60,485 nucleotides of DNA, taken from an uncultured Clostridia bacterium. GTDB lineage: Bacteria; Bacillota; Clostridia; TANB77; CAG-465. How positions within the stretch are numbered: position 1 is the stretch's first letter; each line of letters opens with the position of its first letter. Positions 8,806 through 18,246 of the stretch are shown piece by piece. Under the pieces are notes generated by a model that was not told the origin of the DNA, searched no databases, and was given only the letters and a program-made list of their open reading frames with translations. Where the stretch lies: the NCBI GenBank assembly GCA_944386345.1, contig CALXAR010000002.1, forward strand, positions 1-60,485, given 5' to 3'. The translations under genes were made by a program, and so were the position numbers.

Positions 8806-8826
8806 AAGAAAAGAGGTAAAATTTTT

Positions 8827-9540
8827 ATGGAAAAATTAAAATTAAACTACTATTTTAATCATCTAGACGAATTTGAGTATAAGGAGCTTTTTGCTAATTG
8901 TACTTATCCATGGGAAGCACTAGAGAAGGTATCTCCTATGCTTGAGGAAAAAGTAGTAAAGCCAAACTTAAAGATAAATAATGGAGAATTAGGTGATTTT
9001 GTTTCAATTAAAGGTAATTATATTATTGGAGAAGGAACAAAAATACATGCAAACGTAAGTATTGAAGGACCAGTTATAATAGGGAAAAATGTAACTATAC
9101 AATCTGGAGCTTTAATTAGACCTGGTTGTGTAATTGGTGATAACTGTGTAATTGGACACGGGGCTGAAATAAAACACAGCATAATACAAAATAAAGCAAA
9201 AGTTCAGTCTCTTACTTTTGCAGGAGATAGTATTATTGGTAAATCAACAAGAGTTGGTTCTGGTACAATTCTTTCTAACAGAAGATTTGATCAAAAAAAT
9301 ATTACTGTAAAAAATTCTGCTGGAGAAAAAGTTGACGTAGGTACTGACTTTTTTGGTGCAGTAGTTGGTGACAATTCAAGACTAGGAGCAAATTGTACTA
9401 CACTACCTGGCTCATTTATTGGAGCATATACTTGGATTCTTCCTACAGTTCAAATTAGAGGATTCGTACCAAGCGAAAAACGTGTATTTCCTGTTAGCTC
9501 TACAAGAATTGAAGAAAATCCAAAAGTTGAACTTAAATAG
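8827..9540 (+). CDS. left-handed beta-helix (hexapeptide repeat) transferase-like protein
   Basis: The hexapeptide run ALIRPGCVIGDNCVIGHGAEIKHSIIQNKAKVQSLTFAGDSIIGKSTRVGSGTILSN parallels the GlmU acetyltransferase segment. Confidence 0.65.
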   Translation: MEKLKLNYYFNHLDEFEYKELFANCTYPWEALEKVSPMLEEKVVKPNLKINNGELGDFVSIKGNYIIGEGTKIHANVSIEGPVIIGKNVTIQSGALIRPGCVIGDNCVIGHGAEIKHSIIQNKAKVQSLTFAGDSIIGKSTRVGSGTILSNRRFDQKNITVKNSAGEKVDVGTDFFGAVVGDNSRLGANCTTLPGSFIGAYTWILPTVQIRGFVPSEKRVFPVSSTRIEENPKVELK

Positions 9541-9544
9541 TTTT

Positions 9545-9574
9545 AAGCCTTAGTTTTTTACTAAGGCTTTTTTG
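9545..9574 (+). terminator. intrinsic terminator
   Basis: aagccttag / ctaaggctt stem plus a T-run; the ORF-track start at 9572 lies inside it. Confidence 0.7.
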
Positions 9575-9661
9575 TATGTTATTTCATTTACATTTTGTCG
9601 AATTGCTTGTATATTTTACTTATTTATTATATTATTTAATTATATATCATTGGAGGTTTAT

Positions 9662-11356
9662 ATGGATTATTTAGAAAAGTTTAAAGAAAAATGTAAATTG
9701 AATAATGATTTTATGGATAAGCTAGATTTTCTTTTTGAAAGACTAGTTCATTTTGGATATATAGATAAAATGAATATACCCAAAATTGCTAAAAAACTAT
9801 ATAACAATGTAAATGCTGTTTTTTTAACATCAGATAAAACAAACGACTTTAAAAGCGGATACTATGATGCTATTACAAAAGAGCTTTATATAAAAGATAT
9901 AAATGATTTAGAATCTATGTTCTTAAGAGTTATTTATGCAATTACAACTACTCAAAAGAAAGAACATGTATATAATGTGGGTTACTCTACTACCTCACTT
10001 TCTAAATCAAGCTATAAACAGGAGCACAAAAATTATGGATTAAACAGAGCTGTTGTATCAAATCTTGTATGTAGATTACTCTATACAGAGCCTGCAACAT
10101 TAAGTATTGTTCCAACTTATAGAACTTATACCAAAGATTTTCTTGGAAACGGAATTGAAGCTGATAACAATATTTATTTTCTTGAAGGTCAGATATTAAA
10201 ACAAATGTGTTTTGCATTAAATATTCAAGAAGAAGACCTATATTATCATTTATTCTTAAATCCAGTAAATTATTTAGATAAAATGCTTTCTAAATCAAAA
10301 GTTGAAAATCCAGAGCAATTATTAGCAATATTTGATAGAGCTAGTAAGAACTATTCAAACTATAATAAATTGTTATATCTAAATAAATTATTAGATAACA
10401 ATTATCTAGAAGCCAAAAAGGTACTACCTGATGAGCAAATTAACCAATCGATTTTAAAAGAACGTGAAAATATAAAATATAATATAACTAGAACAATATT
10501 AAGTATATCTCCTCAAAAAAATGAGGATGAAATTGATGATATTGAAATTAGTCTAAATGAAGTTATAAATGAATTAGAAGAAAATATAATTAATAATGTT
10601 GTAAATTTGCAAAATATTTTTGTAGATACTTTAATAATATCTGAGAGTCGTTACTCCCCTATTCTATTTACAGTAAAGCAAAAAGAGCTTTCAGATCTAT
10701 TGATTTTTAAAAATCAAAAGCTTGAAGATAGTATATTTAATACCATTATATATAAAGTCCTTAATACTTTTGAGAGTAGCTCTTCAAATCTAATTGAGAA
10801 AATGAAATATAGTATTGCATCTGAAGTATTATCTTCTGAAAAATATATAAAAATATATAATAATATGGAGTTTAATAGGTTAACTAACCTTACATTAGAT
10901 GAAAATACTGAAATTATGGCTTTATCAGTTAATGGCTCTTTTTTACAACTAATAAAAGTAAAAGATCTTAATTTACCTTTTAAAGAATTAAAAAATAATA
11001 CTGAAGTAATAAAAATAGATAATTTAAAATTTTTACTTAATAGTCCTACAGCAATTTCTGTAACTCAGAATATTGAAAAAATTTATACATATATAAAAAC
11101 GCATCAAGAGAAATATAAAACTATAGAAATAGAAAAATTATTTATTACAAATATCAACAATACTACTCTTGTACTAGTTATATCTGAAGATGAATTTGAA
11201 ATATTTCAAATGGATATAGTTAAAGATAAAATAAAATGTATAAAAGTAGCTTTGTCAGAAACATATAATATTTTTAATTCTTCAAATGTAAGTTACACAA
11301 ATAAAGCATATAAAAATCAGGAAACTGAAAACTCTAAAATATTTAGCATTTTTTAA
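9662..11356 (+). CDS. hypothetical protein (564 aa), no family recognised
   Basis: Long uninterrupted ORF; start set at ATG 9662 after a TGGAGG SD; Asn/Lys/Ile-rich, with no TM segment or motif I can name. Confidence 0.7.
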   Translation: MDYLEKFKEKCKLNNDFMDKLDFLFERLVHFGYIDKMNIPKIAKKLYNNVNAVFLTSDKTNDFKSGYYDAITKELYIKDINDLESMFLRVIYAITTTQKKEHVYNVGYSTTSLSKSSYKQEHKNYGLNRAVVSNLVCRLLYTEPATLSIVPTYRTYTKDFLGNGIEADNNIYFLEGQILKQMCFALNIQEEDLYYHLFLNPVNYLDKMLSKSKVENPEQLLAIFDRASKNYSNYNKLLYLNKLLDNNYLEAKKVLPDEQINQSILKERENIKYNITRTILSISPQKNEDEIDDIEISLNEVINELEENIINNVVNLQNIFVDTLIISESRYSPILFTVKQKELSDLLIFKNQKLEDSIFNTIIYKVLNTFESSSSNLIEKMKYSIASEVLSSEKYIKIYNNMEFNRLTNLTLDENTEIMALSVNGSFLQLIKVKDLNLPFKELKNNTEVIKIDNLKFLLNSPTAISVTQNIEKIYTYIKTHQEKYKTIEIEKLFITNINNTTLVLVISEDEFEIFQMDIVKDKIKCIKVALSETYNIFNSSNVSYTNKAYKNQETENSKIFSIF

Positions 11357-11380
11357 TCCGGATTATTCCGGATTTTTTTA
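11355..11380 (+). terminator. intrinsic terminator
   Basis: aatccgga / tccggatt stem, ttat loop, T-run. Confidence 0.7.
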
Positions 11381-11412
11381 TTTAAAAAAATAATTTGACA
11401 CATAATATAAAT

Positions 11413-13059
11413 ATGAAATATGAATTTAAATCAATATGGGATGATAATATAGATTTTACTGCTAATTATAATATCTTAAATAAAGACTTATCAACTGACG
11501 TGTGCATAATTGGAGGTGGTATAACAGGCATAAGTACAGGTTATTATTTATATAAAAATAACGTAAAATTTATATTATTAGAAAGAAATACTATTTGTAG
11601 TAATACTAGCAAGTTTTCAACAGCAAAAATTACTAGTCAGCATGGCTTAATATTCCATAATATTGTAAAAAAATATGGAATAAAAAAGGCTCAAAAATAC
11701 TTAGAAGCTAACAATATGGCTATAAAAAATATTGAGGATATTATAAAAAAAGAAAATATAGACTGTGATTTTAAAAAGCAAGACTCTTTTGTCTTTACAC
11801 AAAACTGTTCATATATAAAAAATATAGATGACGAATATAATGTGCTCTTAAAACTTAAATTTAATGACTTAGAAATTCAAAACAATATCTCATCACCACT
11901 TAATATAAAAAAAGCTATTAAATTTAAAAATCAGGCACAATTTAACCCTAAAAAATATTGTATTGGGCTCTCAAATATAATAAAACAAAATATATATGAG
12001 CAGTGCCATGTAAAAAAAATAACTAAAGAAAATGGTTTATTTAAAATATATACTAATACCAACAAAATACTCTGCAAAAAAGTCATATTATGTACTCACT
12101 TTCCTATAAAAGATATTCCTGGTTTTTATTTTCTAAAAATGTATCAAGACACTTCATATGTAGTTGCTGCTGATATCAAAGATAATGAATTTAATGGAAT
12201 GTATATAAACGTAGAATCTCCTACCATCTCGCTTAGAGGTACTAAAATTGATAATAAAAATATTTTACTTGTTGGTGGCAACAATATAAAAACTGGAGAC
12301 AATATAAAGGAGAATAATTACATACAACTAGAACAAATAGCAAAGTCTATTTATCCTAATTGTGAAATTATAAAACGCTGGAACACACAAGATTGCATAA
12401 CACTAGATAAAATCCCCTATATAGGTAATTTTTCAACAATATATCCTAATATCTATATAGCTACTGGATTTAACAAATGGGGTATAACTACCTCAAACAT
12501 TGCTGCAAATATCTTAACTGATAAAATACTAAATAGAAAAAATTACTATGGAGATGTTTTCTGTGCTACAAGACTTCATCCTATAAAAAATATTAAAGAA
12601 ATATACTTTAATCTAAACCAAACTGCTCAGTCCTTAGTTATAAATAAATTTAAAATAAAAAAAGACACAATAGAAAATATTCTCAAAAATACTGGAAAGA
12701 TTATAAAACTTAACAACAAAAATATTGGAATATATAAAGACGAAAATGAAAAGATACATAAAATAAATCCATATTGCAGTCATTTAAAATGTCTATTAAC
12801 ATTTAACTGTCAAGATAAAACATGGGATTGTCCATGTCACGGTTCAAGATTTGATATTGATGGAAATTTATTAAATGGACCAGCAAATGAGAGTATAAAA
12901 AATAAGAGAAATCATTTCTCTTATTTTTCTTTAACTATACTTATTGCAAGTCCATCTCCTATTTTTATTAAAGTAGAATCTAATCTTTCGTCTTCTTTCA
13001 TAATCTCTAGATATTCTCTTAGCCTATTTGTTGCAGTTCTATGTTTATGCTCGTTATAA
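11413..13059 (+). CDS. FAD-dependent oxidoreductase with a C-terminal Rieske 2Fe-2S domain (YhfW-like architecture)
   Basis: DVCIIGGGITGISTG dinucleotide fold; CSH-x15-CPCH Rieske motif near the end; no obvious SD at either candidate start (TTG 11395 or ATG 11413); the 3' tail overlaps the convergent gene. Confidence 0.7.
   Translation: MKYEFKSIWDDNIDFTANYNILNKDLSTDVCIIGGGITGISTGYYLYKNNVKFILLERNTICSNTSKFSTAKITSQHGLIFHNIVKKYGIKKAQKYLEANNMAIKNIEDIIKKENIDCDFKKQDSFVFTQNCSYIKNIDDEYNVLLKLKFNDLEIQNNISSPLNIKKAIKFKNQAQFNPKKYCIGLSNIIKQNIYEQCHVKKITKENGLFKIYTNTNKILCKKVILCTHFPIKDIPGFYFLKMYQDTSYVVAADIKDNEFNGMYINVESPTISLRGTKIDNKNILLVGGNNIKTGDNIKENNYIQLEQIAKSIYPNCEIIKRWNTQDCITLDKIPYIGNFSTIYPNIYIATGFNKWGITTSNIAANILTDKILNRKNYYGDVFCATRLHPIKNIKEIYFNLNQTAQSLVINKFKIKKDTIENILKNTGKIIKLNNKNIGIYKDENEKIHKINPYCSHLKCLLTFNCQDKTWDCPCHGSRFDIDGNLLNGPANESIKNKRNHFSYFSLTILIASPSPIFIKVESNLSSSFIISRYSLSLFVAVLCLCSL
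12895..12932. terminator. bidirectional hairpin terminator between convergent genes
   Basis: Palindrome aagagaaat-c-atttctctt (12904-12922) flanked by an A-run upstream and a T-run downstream. Confidence 0.55.
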
Positions 13060-13526
13060 TCTGAAAGAGTTCTTCCTCTATATAGCATATTATCAGCAAT
13101 GATAATACCTCCAATTTTAGTAAGACGAATAGCTTCTTTTAAATACACTAAATACTGTCCTTTTGCAGCATCAATAAATATAACATCATATTGCTCCTCA
13201 TCTGGAATTGATTTCATATACTCTCCTGCATCGGCTAGAACAACTTCAATTTTATCATTTAAATTCATTAAAGAAATATTCTCCATTGCTTTATTATACA
13301 TTGCCTCTTTAATTTCAATAGTCTTAAGTTTACTATTCTCACCAACAAGATATTTAGAGAAATTAATTGCTGAATATCCAACTGCTGTACCTACTTCTAA
13401 AATCTTATTTGGCTTTTTTATTTTTAAAAGGACTTCTATTAGCTTTAAAGGTTCATCTTCTATAATAGGAACATGATTATCAAGCGCTTCTTTTTTTATA
13501 TTTTCTAGAATTTCTTTTTTATTCAA
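12921..13526 (-). CDS. class I SAM-dependent O-methyltransferase (YrrM/TrmR-like)
   Basis: ILEVGTAVGYSAI SAM motif I, FIDAAKGQY, caffeoyl-CoA-OMT-like length; TTG start with a GGAGA SD. Confidence 0.8.
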   Translation of the reverse strand: MNKKEILENIKKEALDNHVPIIEDEPLKLIEVLLKIKKPNKILEVGTAVGYSAINFSKYLVGENSKLKTIEIKEAMYNKAMENISLMNLNDKIEVVLADAGEYMKSIPDEEQYDVIFIDAAKGQYLVYLKEAIRLTKIGGIIIADNMLYRGRTLSDYNEHKHRTATNRLREYLEIMKEDERLDSTLIKIGDGLAISIVKEK

Positions 13527-13541
13527 TTTAACATCTCCATA

Positions 13542-14513
13542 TTACATTCTAATCTTATCTAGTAAATCATCTTTAGGAGCATTATTGTATAGAATATCAT
13601 ATAAAACTTCTAAAGATTTTATTTTAAATTTTTTCTTTTCCATTAAATCAGTTATAGTACTCAAAGTATAAATTCCCTCAACAGTTTTTACTGACATAGT
13701 CTCAAAGGCTTCTTGCATTGAGTATCCTCTTCCAACATAAGTACCAAATGTAAAATTTCTACTTTTTGAGCTCATACAAGTAAGTAGCATATCTCCAAGT
13801 CCTGCAAAAGTAAATATAGTCTCTCTTTTTCCGCCAAGAGCGACAATTGTATCACCTAAATCTCTAACAAGACATGCAAGGCAACTTGCCTTGTATGAAT
13901 CTTTCATATCCATACCATTTAACATTCCCATAAAAATTGCAAATACATTTTTAATAGAAGCTGCAACTTGTACTCCAATTATATCATCACATACACTAAC
14001 TACAAGACCATTTTCAAATTGTTCCTTTACAACTTGAGCAGCTTTTATATTATTGCTTGCAACATTAAATCCTGTTTTTGAGTCATTTGCTATCTCTATA
14101 GCAAACGATGGCCCTGAGATCATACATATATTTTCATTCTTTGTTGCTTCATATAGTATTTCACTCATAAACATATTTGTTTTAGGCTCTATTCCCTTTG
14201 AAACAACGCATAGAATTTGATCTCTAGTAGCATATACAGCTACTTCCTCTGATACAGCTCTTACAGCAGAAGCTGGAACAGCAAGTATAACTATACTTGC
14301 ATCTTCCATACAAGCTCCTAAATTCATTGTAATTTTAATATCATCTGGAATCTTTACGCCAGGTAGCACTCCAGCATTTTCTCTTTTTTCCATTACAACT
14401 TTAGCTTCTTCTTTAAATTTTGCCCACATCATAACTTGATTATTTTTATTTTTATTAAAAACTCTAGCAAGTGCAATTGCATATGCACCAACTCCAAGTA
14501 TTGCTATTTTCAT
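13542..14513 (-). CDS. gpsA: NAD(P)H-dependent glycerol-3-phosphate dehydrogenase
   Basis: MKIAILGVGAYAIALA Rossmann start, GPSFAIEIA, KN(V/I)FAI and TCMSSKSRNFTFG motifs typical of GpsA. Confidence 0.85.
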   Translation of the reverse strand: MKIAILGVGAYAIALARVFNKNKNNQVMMWAKFKEEAKVVMEKRENAGVLPGVKIPDDIKITMNLGACMEDASIVILAVPASAVRAVSEEVAVYATRDQILCVVSKGIEPKTNMFMSEILYEATKNENICMISGPSFAIEIANDSKTGFNVASNNIKAAQVVKEQFENGLVVSVCDDIIGVQVAASIKNVFAIFMGMLNGMDMKDSYKASCLACLVRDLGDTIVALGGKRETIFTFAGLGDMLLTCMSSKSRNFTFGTYVGRGYSMQEAFETMSVKTVEGIYTLSTITDLMEKKKFKIKSLEVLYDILYNNAPKDDLLDKIRM

Positions 14514-14526
14514 ACTTTTTCCCTAC

Positions 14527-16287
14527 CTATTTATTATCCTTAACATCTACTTTTATATGAACATCTCTTAGTTGCTCTTCTGTTACATAATTTGGTGCTT
14601 GCATTAAAAGATCCCTTGCTTTACTATTTTTAGGGAAAGCAATTACCTCCCTTATATTTGTCTCTCCTAGAAGTAACATTATCATTCTATCTATGCCAGG
14701 AGCTGCACCTGCGTGAGGAGGAGCACCATATTTAAATGCATTATATAAAGCTCCAAATTTATTCTTTACTGTATCTTCACTATATCCTGCAATTTCAAAT
14801 GCTTTAGTCATTATTTCTGTATCATGATTTCTTACAGCGCCTGAAGCAAGCTCATATCCATTTCCAACCATATCAAATTGATAAGCAAGTATTTCTAATG
14901 GATTCTTTGTCTCTAAAGCTTCTAATCCTCCTTGTGGCATTGAGAATGGATTATGTCCAAAATCAATTTTACCATCATCTGTCTCTTCGTAGAAAGGAAA
15001 ATCTACTATAAAGCAGAATTTATATACATTTTCATCTATAAGTCCTAGTCTTTTTCCAAGCTCATTTCTAACATTTCCTGCATCTTTACATGCTTTTATA
15101 TATTCATCTGCAATAAAGAAAATACCATAGTTTTCTTTTGCTCCTGTCTTTTGAAACATATCTTTTAAAATATCTTCAGATAAATATTTAGCTATTGGAC
15201 CAACAACTGTTGAATCCTCATTTATTTTAATCCATGCAAGTCCCTTCATTCCAAGCTCTGACTTTGCAAAATCTACCATCTCATCAAAAAATCTTCTTGT
15301 TACAGAGCTACTATCTATTGCAATTGCTTTTACAGTTTTATTTTTAAATGCTTTAAAACTTGAAGCTGTAAAGCAATCTGTAACATCTGTTAGTACCAAT
15401 GGATTTCTTAAATCTGGTTTATCAGTTCCATACTTTTCCATTGCTACTTTATATGGTATTGCTTCAAAAGAATCTTCTGAAATTGTAGCATGTCCGTATG
15501 TTTTAAAAACATGTGTTGTGACTTCTTTTAATACATTTAATACATCTTCTTGTGTTGCAAAAGACATTTCAAAGTCTAGTTGATAAAATTCACCAGGTGA
15601 TCTATCTGCTCTTGGATCTTCATCTCTAAAACATGGTGCTATTTGATAATATTTATCAAATCCAGAAATCATAAGCAATTGCTTAAATTGTTGAGGTGCT
15701 TGTGGTAGTGCATAAAATTCGCCAGGATGTAGTCTTGAAGGAATTAAGTAGTCTCTTGCTCCTTCAGGAGATGAAGATGTAAGAATTGGAGTTTGAACCT
15801 CAACAAATCCCATACTATCCATTTTATCTCTTAAGCATTTTAATACTTTACTTCTAAATACAATCTTTTCATGTATAGATTCATTTCTTAAATCTAAGAA
15901 TCTATATTGAAGTCTTAAGTCTTCTTTTACATCATGACTCTTTTCTACCTCAAAAGGCATTGGTAATAAAACGTTATTTTGTATTATTATTTTCTTTAGC
16001 TCTACTTCTATCTTTCCTGTTTCTAGCTTATCATTAATATTTTCTACTGGTCTTTTAACAACTGTTCCTTCAACTGTTATTGCAGCTTCAACATTTATCT
16101 CTTTTATTTGCTCTAATAATTTTGGATCTTCTGTTGTAAGCTGAGTAATTCCATAATGATCTCTTAAATCAATAAAAACACATCCTCCAAGATCTCTTAT
16201 TGTTTTTACAAATCCAGATAACTTTACTTCTTTACCTTCATCAGCTTCTCTTAATTCATTACATTTATGTGTTCTATATTCGTTCAT
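14527..16287 (-). CDS. aspS: aspartate--tRNA ligase
   Basis: Class IIb motifs (FYALPQAPQQFKQLLM, CFRDEDPRADR, GAPPHAGAAPGIDR); 586 aa bacterial type with the GAD insertion. Confidence 0.95.
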   Translation of the reverse strand: MNEYRTHKCNELREADEGKEVKLSGFVKTIRDLGGCVFIDLRDHYGITQLTTEDPKLLEQIKEINVEAAITVEGTVVKRPVENINDKLETGKIEVELKKIIIQNNVLLPMPFEVEKSHDVKEDLRLQYRFLDLRNESIHEKIVFRSKVLKCLRDKMDSMGFVEVQTPILTSSSPEGARDYLIPSRLHPGEFYALPQAPQQFKQLLMISGFDKYYQIAPCFRDEDPRADRSPGEFYQLDFEMSFATQEDVLNVLKEVTTHVFKTYGHATISEDSFEAIPYKVAMEKYGTDKPDLRNPLVLTDVTDCFTASSFKAFKNKTVKAIAIDSSSVTRRFFDEMVDFAKSELGMKGLAWIKINEDSTVVGPIAKYLSEDILKDMFQKTGAKENYGIFFIADEYIKACKDAGNVRNELGKRLGLIDENVYKFCFIVDFPFYEETDDGKIDFGHNPFSMPQGGLEALETKNPLEILAYQFDMVGNGYELASGAVRNHDTEIMTKAFEIAGYSEDTVKNKFGALYNAFKYGAPPHAGAAPGIDRMIMLLLGETNIREVIAFPKNSKARDLLMQAPNYVTEEQLRDVHIKVDVKDNK

Positions 16288-16306
16288 TTTTCTTCATCTC
16301 TCCTTA

Positions 16307-17689
16307 TTAATATAAACAATTTCCTGGTGTTCTTGGGAATGGTATAACATCACGTATATTTGCCATACCAGTCATATACATAACTAATCTTTCAAATCCA
16401 AGACCAAATCCTGAGTGTACAACTGTGCCATATCTTCTAGTATCTAAATACCAAGAATATTCCTCTTCTTTAAGTCCCAATTCATCCATTCTATTTAATA
16501 GCTTATCTAGATTTTCTTCTCTTTGAGAGCCACCAATAATTTCTCCAATTCCTGGCACAAGCATATCTACTGCTCTTACAGTCTTTCCATCATCATTTAG
16601 TTTCATATAAAAAGCCTTTATTTCTTTTGGATAATCTGTTACAAATACTGGTTTTTTAAATATTTTTTCTGTTAAGTATCTCTCATGCTCTGTTTGTAAG
16701 TCAGTTCCCCATTCAACTTTGTATTCAAATTCATCATTATACTTCTTTAAAAGCTCAACAGCATCTGTATAAGTAATTTTTTCAAAGTTTGAATTGTATA
16801 TATTATTTAATCTTTCAATAAGTTCTTTATCAAAGAACTTATTGCAAAACTCTATTTCTTCTTTACACTCTTCTAAAACTTTCTTGATTATATATTTTAT
16901 CATTGCCTCTGCAAGCTCCATATCGCCTTCTAAATCACAAAAAGCCATCTCAGGTTCTATCATCCAAAATTCAGCTGCATGTCTTGCTGTATGAGAATCT
17001 TCTGCTCTAAAAGTTGGTCCAAAAGTATATACATTAGAAAATGCCATAGCCATACATTCTGCAGATAATTGTCCAGAAACAGTAAGACTTGTCTTCTTTC
17101 CGAAGAAATCCTCTTCTGGATTTGTATTTTTTGTATCCTCTAGAGTTGTAACTCTAAACATTTCTCCTGCTCCTTCACAATCTGAAGAAGTAATTATTGG
17201 AGTATTTACATACACAAACTCATTTTCATGAAAGAATTCATGAATTGATTGAGCAATAGTACTTCTTATCTTAAATACAGCAAGAAATGTATTTGTTCTT
17301 GGTCTTAAATGAGCAACTTCTCTTAAAAACTCCATTGAATGTCTTTTATTTTGTAAAGGATAATCTGGTGATGATTTTCCAGATATCTCAATACTTTTTG
17401 CTACAATTTCAAAGGGCTGTTTTGCTCCCTCTGTAACCTTTACTATTCCATTTACAAAAATACTAGAACCAATATTTAAAGAAACAATTTCATTATAATT
17501 TTCTAGATTTTCTTCTAATACTATTTGAGTAGATTTAAAATAGCTTCCATCATTAAGTTCTATAAAAGCTATTTTTTTTGAATCTCTTAAATTTCTAATC
17601 CAACCTGCAATTAGAACTTCTTTTCCGTTCATATCTTTATAATTTTTATTTATATTAGATAATTTTTCTCTATTTTCTAATTTATTCAT
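16307..17689 (-). CDS. asnS: asparagine--tRNA ligase
   Basis: [24 protein letters not shown] and [11 protein letters not shown] class IIb motifs; start moved to ATG 17689, which has an AAGGTGG SD. Confidence 0.95.
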   Translation of the reverse strand: MNKLENREKLSNINKNYKDMNGKEVLIAGWIRNLRDSKKIAFIELNDGSYFKSTQIVLEENLENYNEIVSLNIGSSIFVNGIVKVTEGAKQPFEIVAKSIEISGKSSPDYPLQNKRHSMEFLREVAHLRPRTNTFLAVFKIRSTIAQSIHEFFHENEFVYVNTPIITSSDCEGAGEMFRVTTLEDTKNTNPEEDFFGKKTSLTVSGQLSAECMAMAFSNVYTFGPTFRAEDSHTARHAAEFWMIEPEMAFCDLEGDMELAEAMIKYIIKKVLEECKEEIEFCNKFFDKELIERLNNIYNSNFEKITYTDAVELLKKYNDEFEYKVEWGTDLQTEHERYLTEKIFKKPVFVTDYPKEIKAFYMKLNDDGKTVRAVDMLVPGIGEIIGGSQREENLDKLLNRMDELGLKEEEYSWYLDTRRYGTVVHSGFGLGFERLVMYMTGMANIRDVIPFPRTPGNCLY

Positions 17690-17740
17690 CGTATCTACCA
17701 CCTTCAATAAAAGCTATAAACTCTAATATTTAACGGTACA

Positions 17741-17769
17741 ATTATAACATAAAATAAATTTATATGCAA
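17741..17769 (-). promoter_or_regulatory. sigma-A promoter for the asnS-aspS-gpsA-OMT transcription unit
   Basis: Minus strand TTGCAT, 17 nt spacer, TATAAT with TGn; short ~50 nt leader. Confidence 0.55.
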
Positions 17770-17828
17770 TTGTATATTTTATATTACATAGATAAATTTG
17801 GTATAATTTAACAAATTACTAATAACAT

Positions 17829-17857
17829 ACAAAAAAGGAAGCAGAAACTGCTTCCTT
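17829..17857 (-). terminator. intrinsic terminator after rpsO
   Basis: aaggaagcag / ctgcttcctt stem followed by a T-run on the minus strand. Confidence 0.7.
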
Positions 17858-17869
17858 AAAAATTTCAAA

Positions 17870-18133
17870 TTACTTTCTAAGATTTAATTTAGAGATTATA
17901 TCTCTGTATCTTTCAATATCTCTAGATTCAAGATATTTTAAAAGTCTTTTTCTTTTTCCAACCATGATTAAAAGACCACGTCTTGAGTGTTCATCATGTT
18001 TGTGAACTTTTAAATGAGCTGTTAATTCATTAATTCTCTCTGTTAAAAGTGCAACTTGCACTTCAGCAGAACCAGTATCATTCTCAGTTCTTGCATAAGT
18101 CTTTAAGATTTCATTTTTTCTTTCTTTAGTCAT
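17870..18133 (-). CDS. rpsO: 30S ribosomal protein S15
   Basis: [36 protein letters not shown] is typical S15. Confidence 0.95.
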   Translation of the reverse strand: MTKERKNEILKTYARTENDTGSAEVQVALLTERINELTAHLKVHKHDEHSRRGLLIMVGKRKRLLKYLESRDIERYRDIISKLNLRK

Positions 18134-18246
18134 CGACTTTTCCCTCCTTTTCTACTGACTTGCCTAAAGCTAAGAAGCACCGAGGTATTATGTGTTATCT
18201 GAGCAATAGGTGATATATAATAAATTACTATTGTAACTTATTTTCG

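Noticed and set aside
17690-17869. T-box leader upstream of asnS/aspS
   Set aside because: The leader from the predicted promoter to the ATG is only ~50 nt. It has no specifier or antiterminator architecture and no conserved T-box sequence.
18134-18246. S15-binding autoregulatory leader upstream of rpsO
   Set aside because: The 113-nt leader is somewhat more GC-rich than its surroundings and could fold, but I could not derive a convincing conserved structure by eye. It needs a covariance-model scan.
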